Part shown: positions 24,801 to 36,800 of the stretch, piece after piece | How the letters are laid out: each line of letters begins with the position of its first letter | Position numbering within the stretch: the stretch's first letter is position 1 | Origin: Sphaerodactylus townsendi | Lineage: Eukaryota | Direction of reading: 5' to 3' | Length of the DNA: 64,000 nucleotides | NCBI RefSeq assembly: GCF_021028975.2 | Contig: NC_059431.1 | Location: 94,612,001 to 94,676,000, forward strand | The notes under the pieces: generated by a model | Seen by the model: only the letters and a program-made list of their open reading frames with translations | What the model was told of the DNA's origin: nothing | The model's database searches: none | Translations under genes and position numbers: made by a program

Positions 24801-27800
24801 AGGTGCAATAAATGCCTGTGTTTCCTCCCCAACAAGAGCTTGGGAAAATGGGGTGATTTCTATTGGATAACTGATATGGAGGCAAAGGATTACTCCCTGC
24901 CCCAGTGTACAGTCTCAAGCCAATTCTTGCCTGTCACAGGTTTTTTTTTAATATTAAAGGAAATGTCGTGTAATCCAATCACAGATGCCCCGTGTGTCAT
25001 GGAATTTATTCCTTAGTGCGGGGGAAAGGTTTGTTGCTTATCTATTGCCCCATCCAAACCGGGGGGGGGGGGGCAATTTGCCAGTAGGAGCAGTACAGGG
25101 AATTACCCTCCCAAGGGCACTTGCTCCAGTGATGGGGCAAATCTGCTGGTGGGTGGCTGCCATGGCTTGCCCCAGCTGTGGGACGTTGGGCTGGACGCTA
25201 TATCAGTGTCCCTGAGCTGCCACTGGCATAGTGGGGTGATCCAGGGGCATGGCTGAGGGAGGAGCAAACATCAGTTTCCTCCTGGCCATTTCCTTCCTTG
25301 CCCTGGCGGCTGGAGCTTTGGATGTACGCAACCAGAAAGGAGGCATAAGTCCATTAAGCCCAATGGGGGCTTCCCAGCGGCAGGGAGGCTTTTTTGGATG
25401 TTAAGCCTCCCTATGCCACAGGGAAGCCTCCCTGGGATGGTGAATCGGCACATTGGATGGGGCTGCCCAGCTAGGAAGCATTGTGCTTACTCTCATTATT
25501 GTTATACAGCCCAGTCAAGTTGACTAGGTAGTATTGTTTGAGTGTCATGGATAGAATGGATAGAATTAGCATTATCAGGAAGGAAGATGGGTGCTTTTTT
25601 AGAAAAATGTACTGAAATAGCAACTGATAGGAAAATAATTTAAGGAATTGACATTAACCAAGAACTGGGGGTTTTTTTTGGGGGGGGGGATCAAAGACAA
25701 TCAGTGTAGCTCTAATATAAACTCAGCCTTGTGGTACAACTCTCCCTCCCAATCCCACATGCTTCTTCTTCCTCAAAACACAACAGGAGTTAACATGGTT
25801 GCACACTACATGTATCCTAGCCCTTTCCTCAGATAATTACAGGTGAAGGTAGAGAAATGTGTAGCATCTATTATACTCGATGTTAGAAGGATAGGAGAAG
25901 AATCACAGACCAATGAGAACTCTGTGATTCCTGTTGGATCAACTGTGGTGCACTGATTCAGATCTGCTGTGGAAACTCACTGGATTACTTTGGATCAGTC
26001 ATTTTCTCTTAGCATGACTTACCACACAGGATTGTTGAGAACAGAGTAAGCCGTCCTGAGTTTCTTGGTAAAAGGACTAGATAAAAATGTATAGAGAACT
26101 AACATCCACTGTTGCTTTGCAGATGAGCCACAGAGTTCCCGGTGTTAATACAGGGATGTTTTCTGCGGCCATTACAGCTTCCCAAGAATTGCACCATGTT
26201 AAACAAACTTCCCTTTTTTTCTCTCTTTAGAGACCAGATCACATGGGAGAATGTCAAAAAGGCTCTGAAGTTCTTTTCTGTAATAGTCCTGTTATCTTGT
26301 GGTGAGTACTCATAAAATTCCAAAATGCAATCTTAACTTTCGAGGCATGTCAAACATTGGAATGAATTCATTGGCTTGATATGCACATCTGTTGGTTGAT
26401 TTACATTAATGCAGACTGCATTGGAGACCAGTAAAGAGGCAGATACCAATGAGTTGCTTAATAATAAGTGTATTAGTTAGTAAACATGGGAGAAAATAAA
26501 CTCTATTCTACACTATTACATCCTTATACTTGTCTCAGCACGTGGCAGAAACTGAGCACAGAACAAAAGTCAGGTAGTTTTATAACCGTAGATGTACATG
26601 CTGTTATGACCCAATCTATAGAGTGGGGAGGGGTGACACACTGGGCACGCACCAGTGCGGGGGCGTTCTGGGGTGTGGCACGGGTGCAGGATGCACTCAT
26701 GCCCCAGGCGCCGTTCCCCCTCCCTTCGGCTCTGCATAAGCGGCACTCGTGTCAGTGGAGAGTGCAAAGAGACTGGCATCCAGTCACCCTCCATCTCTGT
26801 GGCAGGCAAACCCAGAAGTGGCCATCGCCACAGAGCTACACTGGTGTCAAAGCAGACACTGGCATGGGGAGGGGGGCAAGCCAGGGTGTTCCTGGGGGTG
26901 GAGACAATTTTAATTGGCTTCCACTCAGGCTTTTGAGCCAGGAACGCCAACCTAGGGGCTATGGACTTACACCATTCAAAAGGGTGGCGGGACTCCATTA
27001 AGCCCTGTGGAGAGCTTTCAGGTAGCCAGGTTTTTTTTTCTGCTGCCTCCCTGTGCTGCCTATAAATCCTCTGGAGGCAGTGCGGCAGCATCCCCAGCCA
27101 CTGCAGCCCAATCCACAGGGCTGCATGTATTCAGCGGCTACTAAACTGGCCAGTGCCTAATCAATAGGTGAGTGTATCAGAATATGAGCTCAACATCTTG
27201 TTTACATACAAACAGATAATTAACATTTTCATGACTGGTTGCGACATACACTTGCAATTCCCAACAGCATCCGACAGGTGACAACTGAAAGTCAGTGCTG
27301 CTGAGTTTTGTGCAGCTGAAAATCAACAAAGTTTTGCAGAGGGTTGGGAGGCGAGGATGAAATTAGACTCCCTGCTATGGAAACATTGTCACTCTAATCA
27401 GGTTTGTTCAGAGACCAACTGAACGGGCTTAATCCCAGGAAAGTGTTCTTAAGATTGCATTGACAGTCAACTAGTACATTAGAGAGAGGGTTGTGCAAAA
27501 TGCTCTAGTGTTAAATGTATTGTCGAAGGCTTTCACGGCCGGAATCACTTGGGTGCTGTGTGGTTTCCTGGCTGTATGGCCGTGTTCTAGCAGCATTCTC
27601 TCCGGATGTTTCGCCTGCATCTGTTGCATGGCATCTTCAGAGAATCCTCTGAAGATCTCAGCCACAGATGCAGGCGAAATGTCAGGAGAGAATGCTGCTA
27701 GAACACGGCCATACAGCCAGGAAACCACACAGCACCCAAATGCTTTAGTGTTCTTACATGCACGACAACTGTTAATTCATTACAGTACAAAAAGTACTTT

Positions 27801-30800
27801 GAGAAACAAGTTTGCATGGTCCAATAGGGTGGGAAGGTTTTAAATAATCCTATTCTTGGCCCAGACACAGTACTTGCTTCTTTAAGAAGTTCTGGTATAG
27901 CAAGGCATCGTTCAGGGAAAGATAACTCTGGCTGTCACATTACTCCAGTTCACTGGGAAGGGAATCAGACCATTATAACACCAAAATTGCCTGGACTTGC
28001 TGTAGTGCAGACCTGCGTGCTGCATTTTGAAACAACCCAAGCTCATGGATCAGACCCATGGTTGCCAGAATATCTATTCCAGTCCTCAGTCTCCTTCATT
28101 TGCAAACTAATTAAAAGGAATCACATTTATTCCAACTCCAATTTTCAACTTTAATTTGTTTTCTTAGCATATTAGCCGGCATGAAATACAGGGAGTTGTT
28201 TAGCATTTTGGCCTCACTTGTAAAAACATGACCCATTTAATACAATGTATTGCACCATCTTCCAGAATTCTTTCTCCACAGTAACTGCCACTGATGTTAC
28301 TTGTACCCAGGTCAATAAGAGTTCTTTGCTTTCTTCTCACAGCTGCAGTTTACTACTTGTGTTTATTCAGGAGATCATCAGATGTGCTTTCGTCACCGGT
28401 GAGGTTTCTTTCACTTCTTGGGGTTCCTCTAAACACGAGCAGGGATGTACTATGCCCTACACTCATTTTAAGTAATTAAAGGGGAGGCATATACCACTGG
28501 TATTTGCACAAGGATTGCTGCAAATACATCCTCTTGAAGTTAACAGAAGCTAATCAAATCACAATAGAGAATCTGTCTTGCACTGGGCACTGAGTTGTGG
28601 AGGAAAAGAATGTGAATTCTGAAATTGTTTTATGTTTGTATTAGAGTCCTAAATTATGCAGTTAATTTTTAAACCTAATATTGTTGGCTTCTAGGGGAGT
28701 TTTTTTCTTCTTGGGAAAGCCATTGTGGTATAGTAGTGAAAATGTTAGGTTGGGACTGGGGTGGTCTGGATTCAAATCCCCGCTAAACCTTCAGGAAGCT
28801 TACTGGGTAACCATCCTCTTTCAGTCCAACATACCTTTCCATGTTCTTGAAAGGAAATGTGGGGGAGGGGGAAATCATATTGCCCTGAGCTCCATAGAGG
28901 AATAAGGTGGTAAGAAAGTAGCCTTTTAACAAATGAACTGAATTCAGTGTGCTCCTGGACATGTACAGAGTGTCTTTATTTTTGGAAGGGAACACTTCAC
29001 GAATACTTTAACTATCCGTGTGTGCGGCAGAATCGGGTCTCCTACATCTCACTGTCAACCTTGGCACGTCTGGCTACCATCCACTGGAGGACATAGTTGG
29101 TAGTCAGAGCTGCTCATCCATACTGTAGCTATGAGAGCAACGTAACCATTTGCGGTTTCCCCAACTGTACTCTTCAAAATGGTACCTGCCATATCTAAGA
29201 TCTCCTTACTAAAGAGGCAAGGGCAGCGCAATGTGTTCTGTACTGCAAATGCAGACAAATCCCACATGACCCCCTAGTGTGCAGGTGTGAACTTTGACAA
29301 CATGCTCATGTACACTAGCAGCAAGAACAGCTCTGCTGAATGTGCATTTATTTACTCTAAATTTTACATCAATGGGACAAGAGGATACCACTTTTAGTTA
29401 ACTAGTCCCATCCATTCTGTCATGATGCATTATTATTCATACCCCAAAGTACTGGGAATATCCTGAAAGACTCATTATATTTCTTAGAGTTGAAGAGTAT
29501 GCTTTCTTTTGCCTCTCTAGGAACTCACGAAGCAGTATCAAACACACCTGGATTCAATGTGGTAAGAGGAAATATTTAGCTTTGGAATCGTACACAAATA
29601 CAGCTATCACCAGGCTGCCTTATCACTTGCAAAGGCCTTCTAGGTGGGTCTGTAGCTGCCAGTGAGTGGATGTTAGTGTCTGTGCATGATAAAATGTCGA
29701 GACAGGTTCGCTTCTGCCTCAAAGGTCAAAGACAACAGTGCAACATTTTCAGTGTGGATCCATAAACAACAATATAAAACACATCTCTGTACCATGATTG
29801 CTCAGCCAATGAGAACATGTATTGCCCTTCCTTCCCCACAGCTACCCAGAATGAGCCATTTGAACATTTCTCTCATGCAGCAGAATGACATAAAACACTA
29901 GTATTTTGGTGATGGTTCAAGCCATGCTTGTAACACCCTAGTTCTCATATTAATAGCTTTGCCTGAGCCCCCTGCACATTTCTGACAGTTCAGCTCCACT
30001 GGCTGTACGTTCTTTCTTTACCACATCTGTGCTACCACATTTAAAAGACTAGAAGATGCTTGTTCTTCTGTTTATATGATAGGCTAGGAAAATACAATTG
30101 TCTTATAATGTGCAAACAATTCAAAATATACCTCAGCAGCTAATGTGTGTAAAATGGCAGGCTGCTAGGGCTGTCAATCTCCAGCGGTAGGGGAGCTGGA
30201 GTTCTCCTGGAATTACAGGTGATCTCCAGACTACAAAGGTTAGTTCTTCTGGAGAGAATGGGAAGCAGATTCTATGGCATCGCATCCCTGCTGAGCTCCC
30301 TCCCCTCACTAAACTCTGCCCTCCCCACGTACAGCCCCACAAATCTTCAGGAGTTTCCCAAGCTGGTGTTGGTAATGGCAACCTTACAGGTTGCATTTTG
30401 AATGGTTAAAGTATTCATGCACGTGCCTGTTCATAGATGCACTCCAGGGACAAAGGTTGATTCCCTGCTGGCAGAATCATTCTGGGATGGCCCCTGCAGT
30501 TGTCCTGGAACTCCCCACGGCTCCTGTCACAAACTTGTGTCTGTTCCAGCTCTGCCCCTTCTTCCCATTATTTTTTTAAAACCACCAGGGAGGTACACCT
30601 TTTTCTGTTGTTCTAGGGCAGGGGTCTGCAACCTGTGGCTCTCCAGATGTTCTCCATTGGCTAGTTGGCCATGCTGGCAGGGACTGATGGGAATTGTAGT
30701 CCATGAACATCTGGAGTACAACAGGTTGCAGAACCTGTTCTAGGACGAACACAGGATGAACCCAGTATTGTGGGGAATTCTAACCCACCGTGAGTCTCCA

Positions 30801-33800
30801 GTTCGTACCGTCAGCCAATCACGGCTAAGTGTCTTGGGCAGGCGCAGAACAGGAGACTCACGGCGGGCAGAAATGCGCCTTTTTTCTTCTTCTTGCATAT
30901 GAAGCCACAACCATGCAACTAATAGGCACACATTGATGCTCTGTTTCTAGCTATGTAGAACACTCCTTTGTGACGATGTAGTTACGTAGCCGTTATGTAA
31001 AAAACAAAACAAAAAAGGAACTCCCATTCACATTCCCACCCTAAAGCAACAGCCAATCGAGAACGAGGAGCAGAAAAGGCGCCGAGGTGATCCCGCTCTC
31101 TGATTATGGTTCCAACACAAGACCTCAGCTGCCGTGGAGAGTGACAGACGGGATCAACTAGGTACTGTAATTTATGGTCCCAGTTCAATCCCAGAATGAT
31201 TCTGCCAGTGGGGAATCAACCAAAGTGCACTCATTCCCCACTTGGATATTAAATCCTAAATATTTTTAATTGGGGTTGGTTATCTTTGTTCTGTGACTAC
31301 TGAATCACAGATTAGTCATAGATGATCAGACAGTTTCTAATATTTGCATTTCTTACCCCTTGAAAGGCAGTCACATCTTCTGCTAGAAGAACAAATCCGT
31401 GCTATTGAAGCCTTTAAAATGGAGATTGATCACCTGCATGGTCAGATCAGTGGCATCAACAAGAACATGACTCATTGTATAAAGCAAATTCTAGAGGAAA
31501 GTGAGATCCCAGGAGAGAACAAAGAAGTAGGAAGTTGGAAACTGATTGTGACTGTCTTGTCTTCTGCATGTCATTGCTTCTTGCTTTACCTTCAGGCCTC
31601 TACATGCTTGTCTTTCTGCCATAGGCTGTGGTCATACAGACACTGTTCTGGGAGTAAGCCCCATTGAGTAACGTTGGTCTTCTAAGCAGATATGCTCAGA
31701 GTTGCGAGCCCTAAGTGAGGGGAAACCTAGTCATTAGAACTTAAGGAGTCTCTTTAGGGAGGGCTGAGGAAAAGATTTTGAATAGATTCCTGATCGGAAA
31801 GCTTACAGTTCTTACAGCCCCACATCATCACACCATACAAAAGATGAGGGATAACCTTACTTGAAAATAATTTTAAGATAGGGTCTGTGAGAAATCCTCC
31901 CTTAGTATAATAGAATCCCAAGGTGGCCCCCATAATCTTTTAAGCAAAGGCTCTGGTGGTTACCAAGTGGGGCTTCCAATTTAAGATCCCTTTGAAAGTA
32001 ACTCCCAAAGATTTGATGGTGTTGGTCTGCTCAACAGGTGTTCCATGTATTCTCCAGTTAATTTTTTTGGTCTCTTTCTGGAGACCATTATTTTGGTCTC
32101 TTTTTGTAATAAATGTTGAAGGCCTCTTCTTTACAAAACACACCTAACTGGTATGGTAATCATTTTTAATCCAACTTGGGTAAGAGAAATCAGGACCATG
32201 TCATTCTCATATGAGATTTTCTGGTGGCCAAAAGAAGAGGAGATGAACTCTGTGCCCAATAGCCACAGAACTGTATCATTTATATAGAAATAATTATATA
32301 TAAAGAGCAGGTCAAGATGGCAATGAGATAAACATGTCCTTTGAATTGGTCTCACTTGCCACAGGGAGAATAGAAAGTGAAAGCGGGGCCTTTGGAAATA
32401 TGTCTGTTCAAGAAATATTGCAGCGACGCACATTTGCCCTAATCATGCAGCAGATACTTTGTTCGTTATTGGTCAAAGAAAACAGGGCATTTCCAGGTTC
32501 TGCCTGTTCACTTATAGAGATTGGGAGGGGAAAACTGACGAAGGGATGCTTTGTTGTTCCCTGATCTGGTAATTCTGTCCTATGAATCTTCTCCTGACCC
32601 CTTTTTAGTCAGTTTTTGTTGTTTTCCTAAGCAAAGCTCTACCATTGGAGTAAAGGCCATCTCTATCCTCACACTCCAACATACAGAATTAGGGCTATCT
32701 TTTTGTGGAGATAACATTTTATTTGATCTTGAGTGCAGAAAGCCTTGTGATTCATGTTACAGAAGTGGTTGTAGGCAGATCCCAAAGTCCTGCAGGACTA
32801 TTCATAATTCATGGTGTCAAATGTCTGCCTTCAATCCCTGCAGGGACGAGTCACAAATTTTCCTGATCCGTTTTTTCTTCCTCTTTTCCACAGCAAGTGC
32901 TTGAAATGATTGATTTGGCTATTAAGAAGTATGAAGATCCTGTACAAATGGCTGATTGGGCTCAAAAAACACTAGGTAAGGACAGACACTTTGCTCTTAT
33001 GCTTTCTTTGAAAAAAATCTTTTTAATGGCTAGATGAACAAAACCCATTAACATGTCCATTGTAAGCACTTATGTGGAAGTAATTTCCAAATAAATCAAT
33101 GGCATTTTTTCTAGGATTCTTGTGGTTCAAACTATTTTCCAATCCTTAACGAGAGAATGGGTAGAACTCCATGTTCCAGTGCAAATCTGAGGTAGAAAGT
33201 TTGTGTTGCCATACAAGTTATAATGCAAGGGGGGGGGGGTGTAGCTTAGCCCTTCCTGTGCCAGCCAATTCCTCCCTGCAAATATTCCCTGTCCCATGAT
33301 CCAACACCAGTCCAGCTAGGGAGAAAACAGCCTTAGTTTGGGGGAGGGGGAAAACAGAGGATATAAAAATAGAGACCTTGAATTAAAGCTTTATTTGGCT
33401 GTATGCTAGAACTGAGACTACATATGGCTTCATTGGTGAACTGCTGTTCATGAGAATAACTAGGAGGCAAAGGAATTACAATGGCCGGTGGCTATAGCCT
33501 CCAAGAAAGGGACCTTCCTTCTTGACATCCAGGACAGTAGCAAACTGTCCAATGAGTTGGTTCAAGATAGAGAAACCTGAGCATGGACAATGATATACAA
33601 AGCTGGTAACGATGATAAATAGATCTCTCCATCGCTGTTAACCTAGCTTTCTTTTAACTCTAGGAGCCACCATTGATAAACAGAGAACATCTGGGAATTA
33701 TGACATTAAGAATAAGGATGTTTGCTGGTTTATGCCATGGATATTCTGTTCAGCAAAGCCGCCTGATATTGTTTTAGAGGTGCAGTCAAATACCTATAGT

Positions 33801-36800
33801 CTATCACTGATACTCAAGAAATGTTGCTTGGTAGTAGTATTGGCCACCCTGACCTGAATGGCCCCACTGACCTTATCACATCAAATCTCGGAAGTTAAGC
33901 AGGGTTGGCTCTGGTTAGTACCGGGTTGGGAGACCATCAAGGAATTTCAAGGGTTGCTGTGGAGAGGCAGGTAATGGCAAACCACCTCTGTTTGTCTCTT
34001 GCCTTGAAAAATTCTGGAATTGCTATAAGTTGGCAATTACTTGATGACACTTTCCATCACTACTACTGAAAACAAGAAGACTCAAATCCATAAATATCTG
34101 TAGCCTTCCATTTACTGGAAGGTAGTTCGAGGGGGGGGGGGGTTAAGGCAACCATTTACCAAGGGGTAACTTACTTTAGCATGTGTACAGCTACTTGGTA
34201 ACCTAAGTGATATGGAGATTTTAGCACACTTTTATGCCTGGTCTGTTAAGTAGATTATTAATGACCATCTATACTTATCCACAGAAGCCCGTTTGCATAT
34301 TATGAACTTGCACTGCAACTATATTCGGGATATGGGGCTACATGTTGCTAACTTGAGCTGCTTCCTGTTTCCAGCCAGACGTTAACCCTGGAAACTGCTG
34401 GGCTTTTCAAGGATCGGAGGGTCAAGTGGTGATTAAACTGCCTCAAAAAATCCAGCTATTGGCTGTTACAGTTGAGCACATCCCCAAGGCCATCAGCCCT
34501 TCTGGAAACGTCTCGAGTGCCATGAAAGATTTCGTGGTCTCTGTGGGTATTGCCTTTTAATTCAACATCACACCTCATTCCTTACCTGTTCCACCCAGAG
34601 GGTTATTCTCCATCTTTGCTTCCAAATGGACCATCCATACAGTGTCATGTTCTGTCTTCTTTCCATGACGTTCTCCCATTCTCAGTATTCTCTTTCCCAA
34701 ATCTGTTTTATGCTAAACATTTCAGAAAAAAAAAACACAGTCCAAGCGTGTTATGGCAAATGGACAGGGAAGAGCATACCACACACTCCATTTTCCTGTT
34801 ATCAGCCCTTGATGGCTGCCATTTTCCCACCATGACACCAGCAGGCTTTTTTAAAAAAAAACAGTAATTGGGTTTAGTACTATGTTTTTGTTTTTTTGTT
34901 TTCTTTGTAAAACTCTCCAGTGGTGTGGCAGGGAAAATGGTGGTGATGACAGGTGAAAGTAGGAAAGCATGCAGAAAACACCTGTTTGGAAGCTCCATTG
35001 TCATTGCGGATGCCATCGTATTCAATGCAGCAGTGAAGCAGTGCAGAGAATCCTGGCTGTGTAAAAGTACCCTGAGAAAGCTGAAATGTAGGGGAGCAGG
35101 AAGCCGATTCAGTTCCTCTCATCCCCACCATCCTTAGGTCTAGACTGGAAAAACTCTGAAGAGGATTGCCCCTATGATCATGAAGACTGGAGAAAGGGAT
35201 GTCCTCCTAGGCCCAACCATGACTTCTTTGCCCAAGCCACTGATATTAAAGGGACTGCAACAGGCCATGCAGTTGGGATGTGATCAAAATAGGGGTCTCT
35301 TTGTTTATGAATGTGCCCCATGTCAGCCACCTATGGTGCAGAGTTACTCCAGCCTAAACCTGTTGACTTAAATGGATTTAGGTTGGACTAAATCTGAAGA
35401 GGACTGCCCCAGTAAGCATACAGTGTGGAGAAAGGTATGTTCTTCCAGGACCCACCATGGTTTTGCCATCCAGGCTTCCTGGTTCTTTCTAACCCATCAA
35501 AACAGGTTCTTTCTCTGGGTAACAGTCAGATCCTAGGTCTTGAATTCCTGGTAAATTCTCTGCTTGGCTTGCTTCTTACCTACTGTTTCCCTGCATCCTT
35601 TTTCCAACCCCCTTCAACTGGAGTACTTGGTGGAACTTTGCCCGTTACATGTACTTCCATGCTCATTTCTAAAGACATTTGCTTTTATTAAAGGCTGATG
35701 AGACTGAGTTGTCAAGGGGAAAACTGGGAGATCAATTCCTGTGCACTGACCTTGGTCTTACCTGGATGCAGAATTGCTAGACACTGCCTAGGCCTCTCAT
35801 ACAGAGTTTAATTGTATCTTTTGTTGCAATGTCTTTCCATATGTTCCAACTAACTCCCCTTCTGTTCCAGGGTCTAGATAATGAGACGGATGAAGAAACT
35901 CTGCTGGGAATGTTTACGTATGACATTGAAAAAGAAACCATTCAGACATTCCATCTCAAGGTACCCTGAAAATGACATCAGAGGATAGTAGTACAAGTGA
36001 AGAAGTCCATTGCAATGGGGCCATTCTGAAAGAGGCGTTGACATTTGTTCTGTGAACACAGGAACAGATTACTCCTCTAGGGATTTTTAATGTGGTCATG
36101 TGGTTCCATGAATGTCAAGGCCAGCACCATGGACAGCAGACCCAACAGGCTGAGAACAGGAAACACGAGTCAAAGACTGGGTGATGGACTGTAGTAAGAA
36201 ATAAGCCAGTGTCCAGTGTTCATGTTACAAAGGACTTGTTTTAATTTGGGGGCTTTGTATCAGACATGTGATGGAAGAATTGAACCTCCCAGCCCTTTTC
36301 TGCTCATAGCCATGCTATGTGAGGAGAAGCAACTATGGCTTCTTCCCTGCACACCACTTCCACATCCTCAAACCACACTGTTTAGCCTGTTCCACTGCAC
36401 CTATGATATAAAGTCCTGCTGTTGTTCCTCCAACAATCAACAGGAATTTGTAATATGACAAATGGCCCTGACAGTCACAGTCGTGGAGGAGCATAGTGAC
36501 ATTTACCCATCACGCTCCTTCTCAACACTCATGCAAAGAGAGGCAGGAGGTCTGGTCCCCTGCCCCTCATGCCAAGAAATGTGCCAAAAAGATGTCAGGA
36601 AATGGCAGCTTTGTGAGGACTCTGAAATCCACCTGAAGTTCCCAACCCATAGATTGAGGACCACTACTTTATAGGATGTTGACTTGTGCAGTTTTGCTCA
36701 AGCAAGCAGTGGATCAAAGACTGTGGCAGCAAATAGGACCTCAGTATACTTTCCAATGAAACAAAAGTGTGCATACTGTTGGAGGGGGAGGGGAGGGAGA

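Noticed and set aside
33870-33940. 5S rRNA-like sequence (also near 58910 and 61110)
   Set aside because: Diverged, partial and fused to a SINE tail; not a 5S gene.
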